Counted from the first letter of the stretch, positions 38,982 to 49,546 are shown. The stretch is 64,000 nucleotides of DNA from Patescibacteria group bacterium (GCA_023379025.1 JAMCTH010000009.1:69092-133091), one strand, 5' to 3'. Numbers and translations are program-made. Notes: generated by a model not told the origin, from the sequence alone.

Positions 38982-39676
38982 CACGGGGAGACGTTCTCAT
39001 AGAGCTTATCGGCGTCACCAAGAGCTATCCCATTGACGACGGCAAGTCATACCAGGCAATCCGGGGCATTTCCCTGAAAATCAGGAAGGGTGAATTTGTT
39101 TCCGTTATGGGTCCGTCCGGCTCCGGCAAATCCACCCTCATGCATATCCTTGGGGCGCTCGATACCGTCACGACGGGTACCTATACGTTCCAGGGGAAAG
39201 AAATTTCCCGCTACAGTCCCGATGAAATAGCCAGAATCCGAAATAAAGAAATCGGGTTTGTGTTTCAGTCGTTTAACCTCCTTCCCCGCACGACCGTTTT
39301 CAAAAACGTGGAACGCCCCATGATATACGGCGGTGTCCCGAGGCAGGAACGGAAAACCCGGGCTATGGATGCGCTCCGGGTGGTCGGGATCGCCGGCAAA
39401 GCGGATAACCTGTCCAACAAAATCTCGGGAGGAGAAGCGCAGCGCGTCGCGATAGCCCGCGCACTCATCATGAACCCCTCGGTCATCCTGACAGACGAAC
39501 CTACCGGCAACCTCGACTCGGCAACTTCCCGCGACATCATGCATCTTCTCACCGCGCTCCACGAAAAAGGCAGTACGGTCGTCGTCATCACCCATGACCC
39601 GACCGTTGCGGCCTACGCTCACCGGAGAATCCGCATCGTCGACGGCAAAATCATAGAAGACAAAACATCACGCTAA
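38978..39676 (+). CDS. macB: ABC transporter ATP-binding protein (MacB/LolD-type)
   Basis: Walker A GPSGSGKST, signature SGGEAQRVAIARAL, Walker B ILTDEPTGNLD. Confidence 0.9.
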   Translation: MTRGDVLIELIGVTKSYPIDDGKSYQAIRGISLKIRKGEFVSVMGPSGSGKSTLMHILGALDTVTTGTYTFQGKEISRYSPDEIARIRNKEIGFVFQSFNLLPRTTVFKNVERPMIYGGVPRQERKTRAMDALRVVGIAGKADNLSNKISGGEAQRVAIARALIMNPSVILTDEPTGNLDSATSRDIMHLLTALHEKGSTVVVITHDPTVAAYAHRRIRIVDGKIIEDKTSR

Positions 39677-39677
39677 T

Positions 39678-40892
39678 ATGGACATACAGGAACTCATTCT
39701 CTCGGCAATCCAGGCTCTCCGCACCAATCTTTCGCGGACACTTCTCACGATGCTCGGGATTATCATCGGCATATCATCCGTTATCCTCATTTTTTCCATC
39801 GGTCAGGGAGCGGTTGCCTACGTCACACATGAGCTTTCCTCCTTCGGCACCAACTTTTTCCAGATCAATCCGGGCACGAGCGCCATCGGAAGTATTTCCG
39901 GAGGTGCCAATTCGCTGACGCTTGACGACGTCGACGCGATCAGGAACGATACCTCCCTCACCAACATCGAAAGTGTCGGCGCATTTGCCATGGTGTCGGC
40001 CGTCGTCTCGGCAAACGACACGGATAAAACACTGCTTATCTATGGTATGACGCCCGAAATCCTTGAGATGCTCAAGCCGGAACCGGTGGACGGCCGCTTT
40101 ATTACGGCGGATGATAACGAAAATATGCAGAGGGTCGCGGTGATCGGCGATAAAGTGACGGAGACTTTTTTCGGCAAAGACGCAGACCCGGTGGGACAAA
40201 AAATCAAAATCGACAAGCGGACGTTCAAAATCATCGGCATCGCGAGATCGGGATCGGTACTGTTCGGCAGCTTTTTTGACAATACCGTCTTTATCCCCTT
40301 GAACGTCGCGCTTCACGAAATCGAAGGAAACGTACGCATCAACGAAATCGACATCAGCGTCAAAGACACGAACCTCATCAATGACACCATGGAGAGCGTC
40401 ACCACACTTCTCCGGGACCGCCACAATCTGAAACCGACGGATGAAAACGATTTCATCATGTCAAGCGCCACCGATGCCATTTCAACCATTCAGACGATCA
40501 CAAACCTCCTGACCCTTATGGTTGCGGCAATTTCCGCGATCTCGCTCATCGTCGGCGGAGTCGGCGTCATGAACATCATGCTCGTGTCCGTGACGGAACG
40601 GACCCGGGAGATCGGCCTTCTCAAAGCTATCGGTGCTCTGGAGCGGGATATCCTCATGCAGTTTCTCATCGAATCCATGGTGATGACGGGGATAGGCGGT
40701 ATCCTCGGAATACTTCTCGGTATCACATTCGCGTTTGTGGTGACGCTTATCGTGGGCATTCCCCTCGTCATTGTCCCCGAAGCAATCGTCGCTGCGGTTC
40801 TCGTATCTATGACGGTTGGTGTAGTATTCGGTCTTTACCCTGCCCGGCGTGCTGCACGCCTTTCCCCGATCGATGCGTTGCGCTATGAATAG
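39678..40892 (+). CDS. ABC transporter permease (FtsX/MacB-type)
   Basis: 404 aa; N-terminal TM, large periplasmic domain, C-terminal FtsX-like four-helix bundle. Confidence 0.8.
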   Translation: MDIQELILSAIQALRTNLSRTLLTMLGIIIGISSVILIFSIGQGAVAYVTHELSSFGTNFFQINPGTSAIGSISGGANSLTLDDVDAIRNDTSLTNIESVGAFAMVSAVVSANDTDKTLLIYGMTPEILEMLKPEPVDGRFITADDNENMQRVAVIGDKVTETFFGKDADPVGQKIKIDKRTFKIIGIARSGSVLFGSFFDNTVFIPLNVALHEIEGNVRINEIDISVKDTNLINDTMESVTTLLRDRHNLKPTDENDFIMSSATDAISTIQTITNLLTLMVAAISAISLIVGGVGVMNIMLVSVTERTREIGLLKAIGALERDILMQFLIESMVMTGIGGILGILLGITFAFVVTLIVGIPLVIVPEAIVAAVLVSMTVGVVFGLYPARRAARLSPIDALRYE

Positions 40893-40915
40893 AAAAAATT
40901 CTCAAAAGGGGGCTA

Positions 40916-41344
40916 TCAGAGCATCTTCGCGTAGATGACAAAATCGCGCTTGAAGTAATGCAGGGGTAACTTCCCGGCTTCTTTGTACCCCAGTTGCTCG
41001 TAAAGCTGCCGGGCACCCCACGCTTCCCCGGTAAACAAATATACTTTATGAGCACCTAAGGATTTACCGAATTTTTCCGCTTCTGTCACGAGCAGTGTCC
41101 CCACCCCCTGGCGCCTCGCTCCTTTGGCAACGATCAGATTGTCGATGAAGAGCACTCCCCCGCCAAAACGGCCATCAATCTTTCCGACGATGGTACCATC
41201 CTTGGTTGCCTTAAAGAGAAAGGGTTTTTCAACCCACCGGATGGGTTTGCCGTAAAGCTCGAGATCGGCTTCACGCCATGCGCGCTCGCCGAATTTCCCA
41301 AGTTCCTTTTTCGTTGCTTTGGATATGACAATGCCCATAGGCAT
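40916..41344 (-). CDS. GNAT family N-acetyltransferase
   Basis: Acetyl-CoA binding motif RRQGVGTLLV...; start placed at the internal Met (MPMGIV). The Cys-rich N-terminal extension of the ORF is unlikely to be translated. Confidence 0.7.
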   Translation of the reverse strand: MPMGIVISKATKKELGKFGERAWREADLELYGKPIRWVEKPFLFKATKDGTIVGKIDGRFGGGVLFIDNLIVAKGARRQGVGTLLVTEAEKFGKSLGAHKVYLFTGEAWGARQLYEQLGYKEAGKLPLHYFKRDFVIYAKML

Positions 41345-41399
41345 GGTATAGCAAATCGGACACTCATGCCATAACAAAGGATGACGCGGAAAATGTGCT

Positions 41400-41645
41400 T
41401 CACAACACACCAGAAGCGTACAACACGTAATTCTGGATGCGCGTGCTGTACAGCAGCGCGTCTTCTGCCTGCGCTTCCCTGCCTTCCGTATCGAGATGAT
41501 CAATGGCGGCCACCATCTTCTGCATATACGGTGGAAGCGTGCTCATATCCACTTCCGCTTTCCGTTTTTTCGCTTCTTTCAAAAATATTTCAGCCGTGCG
41601 ATACGATTTCCCGTGCAACCCCAGCGCAACACGCTTTAAATCCAT
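41400..41645 (-). CDS. hypothetical small protein
   Basis: 81-aa ORF upstream of the GNAT gene; no motifs. Confidence 0.25.
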   Translation of the reverse strand: MDLKRVALGLHGKSYRTAEIFLKEAKKRKAEVDMSTLPPYMQKMVAAIDHLDTEGREAQAEDALLYSTRIQNYVLYASGVL

Positions 41646-41907
41646 CGCAAGCGCCGACAGAATATCTTTATTTCACATAGATATTCCGGAAAAAATACCG
41701 GGACAGATCTTCAAAAATTTTCCTGCGCGGAGAGTCCTGTATTTCATTACCCGAATCTCCCTGAGCGGGGATAATCATGAAAGCATTATAGCAAAAGAAG
41801 CGCCTTCTGATCTCTCGCTCCCGGCCAAGAGACTGATCTTTCGTATATGTACTGCAGTCTATTTTCCCGACATCAGGAACAGTCGCAGCAGCTGCGTTTG
41901 TAACCGG

Positions 41908-42219
41908 TTACGCTTTGTTGGCCCGTTTACTGAGTATGTATTGCACCGAAGGGCTTACTGATTTATCCGTCCGGTGGATACAGCCTATCCAGCAACACGG
42001 ACGGCGCATGCCGTCTTTGAGCTCGGTGCATACCCGCTCCACATGTTCTTTTCTGGTTTTCGGCATTTTAACGGAGATCGTCCAGCAAATCCATTCATTA
42101 CGCGCAAGCGGGGTAAGGCTTTCCCAAAGCGCAGACGCTTTCGGATCAGACAGTAAGGCCTCCCGCAAATCCGGAGGAACGTCATGGACGACGCCTCCTG
42201 ACATATCTTTTTTGGTCAT
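41908..42219 (-). CDS. YdeI/OmpD-associated family protein
   Basis: PPDLREALLSDPKASALWESLTPLARNEWICWTISVKMPKTRKEHVERVCTEL matches the P.DL..AL...P.A...F..L.P..R.E...W...AK...TR..R pattern of this family. Confidence 0.6.
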   Translation of the reverse strand: MTKKDMSGGVVHDVPPDLREALLSDPKASALWESLTPLARNEWICWTISVKMPKTRKEHVERVCTELKDGMRRPCCWIGCIHRTDKSVSPSVQYILSKRANKA

Positions 42220-42505
42220 AGCGTCATTCTAACAAATGTTCGGGTGTCCGACAAAAAAAGTGTTGAAGTAACGGGATAGGAAAAACTTCTTTCATGCAGA
42301 CACTTTTTTGTGTATCATAAAAGTAATGATACGGGGAAACTTTATCGGTGCGGCGGTTGTTGCGATAATCTATACGGTTTATATTTTGATTAAGCCGCTT
42401 CCGTCAAAACCGCAGGAAGTAGTTGCGCTCGTCGTTCTCAATGCCCTGACCATCGTGCTCCTGTCGCAAGCTTTCAAATAAATTTTTTACCTAATAAAAA
42501 GGGGC

Positions 42506-42991
42506 TTATTTCACCGCAATACATTCCTCATCTTCTCCCGGCGGTTGCCAATATTCTACATAACTATCAAACGTCTCTCCGCTTATTTCAAATGAATCTC
42601 TAGGCGGATTTTTACTTCTGGAGATCACCCGCTCCCTCATTTTCTCCATCGAACATGCGACGTAATACAGAATCGGCTTTGCGCCTATTTCATATATTTT
42701 TTTCTTTATATCGTCTCTTTGTGACTTAACCCAAAAACCTTCGTCCAGTATCACATCTTTACCTGCTTTTAGGATTTTGAATGCTGTCTCTGTTGCGAGA
42801 TCAGTAATTTTATTGTCATAGGCTGCAAAATTCTTATCTGCGGTTATCTTGTTTCCGAAAATTTTGATTATCCATTCGTCTTTGGTTATACGTACGGCTC
42901 CTGTTTCTTCCTCCAGTTTCCTGGCAACCGTCGTCTTCCCCGAACCGATGAACCCGCAGATAAGATAAGCAATAGGCTGTTTCTTATTCAT
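42506..42991 (-). CDS. P-loop NTPase / predicted small-molecule or polynucleotide kinase (AAA_33-like)
   Basis: Walker A ICGFIGSGKTT at the N-terminus, 161 aa; low-GC DNA. Confidence 0.55.
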   Translation of the reverse strand: MNKKQPIAYLICGFIGSGKTTVARKLEEETGAVRITKDEWIIKIFGNKITADKNFAAYDNKITDLATETAFKILKAGKDVILDEGFWVKSQRDDIKKKIYEIGAKPILYYVACSMEKMRERVISRSKNPPRDSFEISGETFDSYVEYWQPPGEDEECIAVK

Positions 42992-43135
42992 GAGTCAATT
43001 ATATCAGAAGGATCGAACTGTCCAGCGAAGGGTCCTTGAGGCTAAAATAGCTAACTTCCCCTAAACGACCCATCCATCAACGAAAGAGTGGAGTTCGGAC
43101 ACAGACTTGGACTAAGAAAGATACTTGCGGAGAGC

Positions 43136-44236
43136 TTAAACTTTAAAATATGCGAAAACCTCGTTCATCGCTTCAAATCCTCGCTTTATATTCCTTTGTA
43201 GTCCTGGTGAGTTGTGGACAGTGGCCATTTTCACTCGTAATTTCAGTTTTGAGACTAAGTATCTGAGTTTGAAGATCTGAAACTTATTATTGAAATTAGT
43301 GGGGAACGTATTTGTGAGAGAATAGCCTTCTTTAAACCATGTCATTCTGGGCTCCCCAAAAAACAGGCTGTATGCAGAAAATTCCATGACGGGATCACCT
43401 GAAATGCACTCATCCCAGTCAACAATACCTGTTATATGCTTCCCATCTGACAGCGTATTCCAGTCTGCAACGTCGTTATGGATTAAAGCTGGTTCATCGC
43501 AATTGATGAGATCTGCGTTTTTATTAAGGAGTGCCAATATCTTTTCTTGCTGTGAATGAGTGATCTTATGGTCATTATCAAGGTATTCAAGGTCTTCATG
43601 AAGCGAGGCAAAAAAATGCTCACGGAGAGAATTGTACTGTCCTTCCAACGTGCCTTTGCTCTTTGCTATTTTATTGTCAAAAAAACCGAAACCCCTTGTT
43701 TTCACCCGATGAATCAGGCCGATTTGTCGACCCGTTTCCCTAATTAGTTGTTCTTCATAAGCGTATTTGATTTCACCTGAATGGGTAAAATTTCGCATTG
43801 TTTCTCCCGGCAAAGCTTCCATGATTATGAAATCAAAATCAAATTTTTTCCTGTCATTGACGATGATATACGTTGAATAAGTAAGAACCCCGTACGCTTT
43901 TGCCTTTTCTGCAGCGACTTTTTCAACCCAAAAATATCCATTTTTTACATCTTTTGGATGCATTCTGATTACTATATTTGTACCATCCGCCAATTTTGCT
44001 TTCAGAACGTTATTAACCAAACCATCGGTTATCAACTCTCCAACCTGAACTACTTTAGCATCCTGAGGCTTTTTCCCTGTTTTAATCATTCCATATTCAA
44101 TTGCTGGTACTGCATCACTCTTATCAAAACTTTCAGATCGATCTAAGAAGATTTTTTTCATGTCTTCGGCAGAAATATTACGGTTAGTCTGCCAATAAAA
44201 CATATTGTGGCGGTTTGAAAGGTCAAGAATAGGCAT
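43136..44236 (-). CDS. aminoglycoside phosphotransferase (APH) / choline-kinase-like family kinase
   Basis: Brenner motif LIHNDVADWN and downstream IVDWDE; 366 aa; low-GC DNA. Confidence 0.7.
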   Translation of the reverse strand: MPILDLSNRHNMFYWQTNRNISAEDMKKIFLDRSESFDKSDAVPAIEYGMIKTGKKPQDAKVVQVGELITDGLVNNVLKAKLADGTNIVIRMHPKDVKNGYFWVEKVAAEKAKAYGVLTYSTYIIVNDRKKFDFDFIIMEALPGETMRNFTHSGEIKYAYEEQLIRETGRQIGLIHRVKTRGFGFFDNKIAKSKGTLEGQYNSLREHFFASLHEDLEYLDNDHKITHSQQEKILALLNKNADLINCDEPALIHNDVADWNTLSDGKHITGIVDWDECISGDPVMEFSAYSLFFGEPRMTWFKEGYSLTNTFPTNFNNKFQIFKLRYLVSKLKLRVKMATVHNSPGLQRNIKRGFEAMNEVFAYFKV

Positions 44237-44457
44237 GGAGGAATTATATCAAATCCCTGAAATTGAACTTATAGATTATCTTAACTATATTTTTAGATTG
44301 TTTTCATGCCCTAGATCAAAATTTGCTCGAGAAATGGGCTTCGCAAAGCTAAGCTTTGATTTTCTATGGCGCGTTTTGACAATCTAACATTTTAGCTCGC
44401 TTACTGGGACGATTTTAGAGCGGTGGATTGCTCCCCGTTCTTGACCTAACTCGAACT

Positions 44458-44694
44458 TTAGCCATCCTTTTTCTTCCAGGGTAGTTTATCCTTTTCATGC
44501 TTTTTGGTTATTCTTCTGTCTAGATAATTAAAATATGATGGTAGTAAAAAGAAAGTAAGAACAAATCCAAGTATTACTACCCCTTTAACGTCAAGAAAAC
44601 TAGCAAAAAATACTAATAAGGTAATCGCGAAAAAAGAGAATTTCAACGGATCACTGTAAATATTATCTATGAAATTATTGAAGATACTTTTCAT
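44458..44694 (-). CDS. small membrane protein, hypothetical
   Basis: 78 aa, two hydrophobic helices. Confidence 0.35.
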   Translation of the reverse strand: MKSIFNNFIDNIYSDPLKFSFFAITLLVFFASFLDVKGVVILGFVLTFFLLPSYFNYLDRRITKKHEKDKLPWKKKDG

Positions 44695-44729
44695 AAAACT
44701 ATTAATTTGTTGCTATTTAATGTATATAA

Positions 44730-45320
44730 TTAAAGTGATGGTTTTATAACTTCACTTGGAAGTCCATACATATCCTTCGTTGATACTTCAGTACAAACCA
44801 AATCAAATATACTTGTTCCGTTGTTTTCATCCCTAACCTGATAGTACCTTCTATCTTGACCAGCATAAACTGGCTCAAATATTACTACATTACTATTTAC
44901 GCTAATATCACCTAAATGATAACCACCCTCACCTTTACTAAAGGCAATTATATTTCCACTAGTCACGTCAATTACTGCATAGCCAAAACAATCTGTACCA
45001 CACCCCCAAGAAACAAAAGTATAGTGTCCAGCGAAATTAACTCCCTTTGCAACGACCTCTTTAATTCTTGTATCAAATGTTTTTGCTTCGGGAAAATTGG
45101 AAAAATTGACCGGACTAGGACTTCCTTCAAATTTCGGCCGTGTATTTAATTGATTTTTTGCTAATTGCTCCTTACATGTCCCTGCAGTAGAAGTTTTTGT
45201 AATACTTTTACCCACACCAATATCTTTCTGTTTAACTTTTATGTAGCCTGATAAGGCTATCCCAGTCAAACATAAAACACTAATAGAAATTAATAATTTA
45301 CGATTAATTTTCCTTCTCAT
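44730..45320 (-). CDS. secreted/lipoprotein-like hypothetical protein
   Basis: N-terminal signal-like LLISISVLCLTGIALSG; Cys-containing mature domain; no known family. Confidence 0.45.
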   Translation of the reverse strand: MRRKINRKLLISISVLCLTGIALSGYIKVKQKDIGVGKSITKTSTAGTCKEQLAKNQLNTRPKFEGSPSPVNFSNFPEAKTFDTRIKEVVAKGVNFAGHYTFVSWGCGTDCFGYAVIDVTSGNIIAFSKGEGGYHLGDISVNSNVVIFEPVYAGQDRRYYQVRDENNGTSIFDLVCTEVSTKDMYGLPSEVIKPSL

Positions 45321-45513
45321 CTACTACTCCCAAAGAACTGAAAGAGCTTAAAAGTAAAAATCAGTAAATTCTGAACCAATAATTCCAATACTTAGCATTT
45401 TCAGTTTCATAGGAAATATAATAAAAAGCACCAGTAAAACCAAGCTCCGTAATCCTAGTATTAATCTGACTGAAAGTCTAGCACAAGTTATCAAGGCTTT
45501 CCAAAATCCGATT

Positions 45514-46285
45514 ACACACCCCCGGGGTGTGGGCAGACCTACCCAATGTCGTGATATAAATGTGATTCAAGAAATAGGAACCGCTGATATTCTGCCTGAT
45601 CAAACGTACTCCTTTGCAGACTCTCCGCATTCCGATAATATCCCATAAGCAATGTTTTATCCAACATCGCCATATCTGCACGTGATGCATATGACGCGAA
45701 CGAACTCCACCGATACTGAATAAGTTCGTTCTGTGAATGCAGGATGCCGGCGCTTAAGGGATTGAGGTGAATGTATCTGGCCACATGTACAAGCTGCTCA
45801 TCCGTTTCTATCCGCACCGCCTTAAACATGGATTGAAACAGAGCTCCAAACCTCTTTGTTTTGATATTAAAGTACTTCGCATACCCATTTTGAATTTGAG
45901 AAACGAATGTGGCTATTCCTCCATTTCTCAGTTGAGTAAGAAGCATATGAAAATGATTTGGCATCCAGCAAAATGCGAGTATATTCACCAACTTCAGATG
46001 CTGGTGTGCAAACTGTTCGAAGTAGTGTTGTTTTGCAGCCAAGGATAGCCTGTTATATTCAGAGAAACGTACCGGAGGATGTTCAAAGCGATAATACTCG
46101 GCAAGATCTAAAAAACGCTGGTAATCACGACTATTAATGAAAATTATCTGATTCGCGACGCTGCGATTAAAAATATGATACGTCTCTGACGTTTGACAAG
46201 GAACATAACGATATGGCATCACGCATACTATACGCCCCTCAATTAGAATATTCAGTAAGATGACCCACACCCCGGGGGTGTGGGT
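45514..46285 (-). mobile_element. IS200/RAYT-like element: HUH-Y1 transposase gene flanked by CACACCCC-GGGGTGTG hairpin palindromes
   Basis: Imperfect palindromes at 45514-45533 (ACACACCCCCGGGGTGTGGG) and 46265-46285 (CCCACACCCCGGGGGTGTGGG) bracket the transposase ORF. The element abuts the 3' end of tRNA-Asn. Confidence 0.6.
45539..46219 (-). CDS. IS200/RAYT-family tyrosine (HUH/Y1) transposase
   Basis: HUH motif MPNHFHMLL and catalytic Tyr region VARYIHLNP. Start placed at the Met after the upstream hairpin; the ORF track extends to 46315 through the palindrome. Confidence 0.7.
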   Translation of the reverse strand: MPYRYVPCQTSETYHIFNRSVANQIIFINSRDYQRFLDLAEYYRFEHPPVRFSEYNRLSLAAKQHYFEQFAHQHLKLVNILAFCWMPNHFHMLLTQLRNGGIATFVSQIQNGYAKYFNIKTKRFGALFQSMFKAVRIETDEQLVHVARYIHLNPLSAGILHSQNELIQYRWSSFASYASRADMAMLDKTLLMGYYRNAESLQRSTFDQAEYQRFLFLESHLYHDIG

Positions 46286-46322
46286 GGACACAATAAGAAG
46301 GCATAATTGTTTCAAAACTCAG

Positions 46323-46394
46323 CTCCCCCGGCTGGATTCGAACCAGCAACCTTCTTCTTAACAGGAAGCCGCTCTACCGTTGAGCTACAGGGGA
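46323..46394 (-). tRNA. tRNA-Asn(GTT)
   Basis: Manual cloverleaf: TCCCCTG-TA-GCTC-AACGGTA-GAGC-G-GCTTC-CTGTTAA-GAAGA-AGGTT-GCTGG-TTCGAAT-CCAGC-CGGGGGA-G, 72 nt. U1-A72 and G73 as in E. coli tRNA-Asn. CCA not encoded. Confidence 0.85.
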
Positions 46395-46528
46395 GCGGAG
46401 TTTTGAAACGGTATGCTCCAAACCATTTTTCTCTACTATCCAACTGGTCTAGAGAACGTTGATATTATACCATGAGAACTTTCTGTCTCAATAGCGTTAG
46501 AGTCTTCTGAAAGGTTTTGGAAAAAGTC

Positions 46529-47617
46529 TTATTCGAGGTAATCTTTGAGCTTTTTGGAACGAGATGGATGGCGTAATTTTCGTAAGGCCTTGGCTTCTAT
46601 CTGCCGTATACGCTCGCGGGTGACGCCGAACTGTGCGCCCACTTCCTCAAGCGTCCGGGGTCTGCCGTCCTCGAGGCCAAAGCGGAGGATAAGCACTTTT
46701 TTCTCGCGGTCGGATAGGGTCGCCAGGACTTCTTCCATATGCTCCTTGAGGAGTTGCCGCGAGGTCTGGTCATACGGGGAAGGACCCGGATCGGAGATAA
46801 AGTCTCCCAAGTGGCTGTCTTCCTCGTCGCCGACCGGCGTCTCAAGGCTTGTCGGCTCCTGGGATACTTTCATAATTTCCCGGACTTTGGCCACATCGAT
46901 CTCCATGACCTTGGCCACTTCTTCGGGAGTCGGCTCCCGCCCCAGGTCCTGCATGAGCCGGCGCGAGGTCCGGACAAACCGGTTGATCGTCTCGACCATA
47001 TGGACGGGGATGCGGATCGTCCGCGCCTGGTCGGCTATCGCGCGGGTAATGGCCTGGCGTATCCACCAGGTTGCGTACGTCGAAAACTTGAAACCTTTGT
47101 TCCAGTCGTACTTTTCGACCGCACGGATCAGTCCCTGGTTACCTTCCTGGATAAGGTCCAGGAGGCTCATGCCGCGGCCGATGTATTTTTTGGCGATCGA
47201 TACGACGAGACGGAGGTTACTTTCGATGAGCTTTTTCTTGGCGCGCTTGTCGCCTTTTTCGTACCGTTTGGCGAGCGAAATCTCATCGGCAAAAGTGAGA
47301 AGCGGGATCCTGCCGATTTCCTTAAGGTACATGCGGACCGGATCGGACACACCTTCGTCGCTGGCCCGTGCCAGAGCTTCAATCTCGCGCTCGAGGTCCT
47401 GAATGCTCTTGGATGCTTCCTTTTCGATGTCCTGCGAAGTCGTCTCAAATACATCCACCCCGGAACGGATCAGTTTGTTGTAGAGGGTGTCGAGCTCCTT
47501 GATATGTTCTTCGGGCTTCGGAAAAAGCTGGAGGATATCGTCCTGCGCCACAAAGCCGTTGTCGCGGCCCTCGCGCAGCAAATCATCGATGGTGGTAACG
47601 GTTTTCGTGCGTGGCAT
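46529..47617 (-). CDS. rpoD: RNA polymerase sigma-70 factor RpoD (short form)
   Basis: 362 aa; regions 2-4 conserved (e.g. [40 protein letters not shown] and the region 4.2 HTH). Confidence 0.9.
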   Translation of the reverse strand: MPRTKTVTTIDDLLREGRDNGFVAQDDILQLFPKPEEHIKELDTLYNKLIRSGVDVFETTSQDIEKEASKSIQDLEREIEALARASDEGVSDPVRMYLKEIGRIPLLTFADEISLAKRYEKGDKRAKKKLIESNLRLVVSIAKKYIGRGMSLLDLIQEGNQGLIRAVEKYDWNKGFKFSTYATWWIRQAITRAIADQARTIRIPVHMVETINRFVRTSRRLMQDLGREPTPEEVAKVMEIDVAKVREIMKVSQEPTSLETPVGDEEDSHLGDFISDPGPSPYDQTSRQLLKEHMEEVLATLSDREKKVLILRFGLEDGRPRTLEEVGAQFGVTRERIRQIEAKALRKLRHPSRSKKLKDYLE

Positions 47618-47713
47618 AGCGTACCGACGGTGTTTGCCGATAGTCGCATACAGGAAGCGCGGACCTCCGTACCGGATAAAGGCAAACCACCTCGCTTGAA
47701 CGGCCCTATTGTA

Positions 47714-49546
47714 TCAGGTGTTCATGGAGTTTTCCAGGGTTTTGAGTTCCCGGGTATAGGTACGAAGCTGTTCCTGGGCTTCACGGATCGGGGGGGTATC
47801 CGCATCACCGTTTTCCCCGGCCTCTTCCCGGACTTTTGCCGAGAGCGCCCGGATACGGCTCCGGAGGAGAAGGTAGCGGTGCGCGGTCATTGCTTTATTC
47901 CAGACTGCTGCCCGGCGTTCTTCTTCTTCGGCGCCGGCACCAAGATCCCAGAGAAATGCTTCATCAAGCGTCGGGACCAGCTCGTTCGGCAGCTTATCGG
48001 CAAAATCCTTGATGAGAAACACGCGCTCCTGCCCGGCAAACGCGAGAAGCGCTTCCAGGATCCGCCGGATTGGTTGTGAGGTGAAATCCGGCAACGGAAT
48101 GCCGTCCCTCAGCTCTTCCAGAAGCTCGTACGTTTTCCCCTGGAGCATGAGGGAAAGGATAAGGAGCTCTACCCGGTCCAGCCTGGTCAGCGCGGTTTCC
48201 TTGCGCTTTTCCTGTGTCTCCGGGCCGCGGAGCGGAAGTTCGGACGCTTTCCTGCTTCGCCGCAGGCTTTCCGCCACGACCTCTTCGGAGACGCCGAGGA
48301 CGCCTGAGAGGATCTTGACATAGTGCCCCTGGACGATCGAGTTTTCTATCCTGCTAAGGACCGGCAGCAGTTCGTCGCCTATCTTTTTCTTTCCGTACGC
48401 GCTCTCCGTCCCGAACCGGCGGACTGCCGAGGAGATGAGGTAGTCGTATACGGGCACGGCATCTTTGATGGCTTTCGTAAAAAGTAACGGATTCTCCCGC
48501 ACTGCCTCATCCGGGTCTTTGCCGCTCGGCATCACAGCCACCCTCATCTCGAGCCCCGCATGATCGGCTATTTCTATACCCCGGCGGCTTGCCGCATCTC
48601 CGGCCAGGTCACTGTCGAGGGCAAATACCACCTCCCCAGCAAACCGGCGGATAAGCCGGACATGCCCTTCGGTAAGTGCCGACCCTTTGATAGCTACGGC
48701 ATTTCCCACTCCCGCCTGAAACGAGGAAATGACGTCAAATTCTCCCTCCATGAGGATCGCCTGATTTTTTTCGCGGATGGTGTCATGCGTCACGTCCAGA
48801 CCATAGAGCATGTTGCTTTTGCTGTAGACCGGCGTCTCCGTGGTATTGATGTACTTTGCCTCTTTGGCGTCCGGATCCAGAAGTCTGCCGGAAAACCCTG
48901 CCACCTGACCGCGGTGATCCCGGAGCGGAAACATCACCCTGCCGCGGAAGCGGTCATACCCGCCCTGCCGCGACGGGACCAGAAGCCCAGCCTCGGCAAG
49001 GACTCCGGTATCGTAATTTTTTTTCCTGAGATAGTTGGTCAGCGCGTCCCAACTGTTCGGGCTGTATCCGATCCCGAAGGTTACGATGGTTTTGTCCGAA
49101 AGCCCCCGGGTTTTGAGGTATTGGCGGGCGCGCTCTCCCAGCCGGTGACGGGTCAGAATGAAATGGTAAAACTCGCCCGCCATGTGGTTGACCTCGTAGA
49201 GTTTTTCCTTTTTCTTTCCTTCCGGCGTATCTGCGACCCGCCGCTCGAGTTTGACACCGGCGCGCACGGCTAGTTCCTCGAGCGCTTCAGGAAAGTCGAC
49301 ATGGTCATACTCCATGACAAAGTCTATGACCGAGCCGCCCTTACCGCACCCGAAACACTTCCAGATATTCCTTTCCGGCGAGACGATAAATGAGGGGGTT
49401 TTTTCCGAATGAAACGGGCAAAGGGCGGTGAAGTGACGACCGGACTTTTTGAGCTTCACCCGCTCGCCGATCACTTCGACGATATTGATCCGTGATTTGA
49501 CGTCATCGATATCACCCATAGGCACCAGAACTATACCATGAAGCAC
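47714..49546 (-). CDS. dnaG: DNA primase DnaG
   Basis: 610 aa; zinc ribbon CPFHSEKTPSF...CFGCGKGG, TOPRIM domain (EGEFDVIS), C-terminal helicase-interaction region. Confidence 0.9.
   Translation of the reverse strand: MLHGIVLVPMGDIDDVKSRINIVEVIGERVKLKKSGRHFTALCPFHSEKTPSFIVSPERNIWKCFGCGKGGSVIDFVMEYDHVDFPEALEELAVRAGVKLERRVADTPEGKKKEKLYEVNHMAGEFYHFILTRHRLGERARQYLKTRGLSDKTIVTFGIGYSPNSWDALTNYLRKKNYDTGVLAEAGLLVPSRQGGYDRFRGRVMFPLRDHRGQVAGFSGRLLDPDAKEAKYINTTETPVYSKSNMLYGLDVTHDTIREKNQAILMEGEFDVISSFQAGVGNAVAIKGSALTEGHVRLIRRFAGEVVFALDSDLAGDAASRRGIEIADHAGLEMRVAVMPSGKDPDEAVRENPLLFTKAIKDAVPVYDYLISSAVRRFGTESAYGKKKIGDELLPVLSRIENSIVQGHYVKILSGVLGVSEEVVAESLRRSRKASELPLRGPETQEKRKETALTRLDRVELLILSLMLQGKTYELLEELRDGIPLPDFTSQPIRRILEALLAFAGQERVFLIKDFADKLPNELVPTLDEAFLWDLGAGAEEEERRAAVWNKAMTAHRYLLLRSRIRALSAKVREEAGENGDADTPPIREAQEQLRTYTRELKTLENSMNT

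Noticed and set aside
46739-48079. 446-aa plus-strand ORF
   Set aside because: Antisense to rpoD and dnaG, which have unambiguous motifs; shadow frame.
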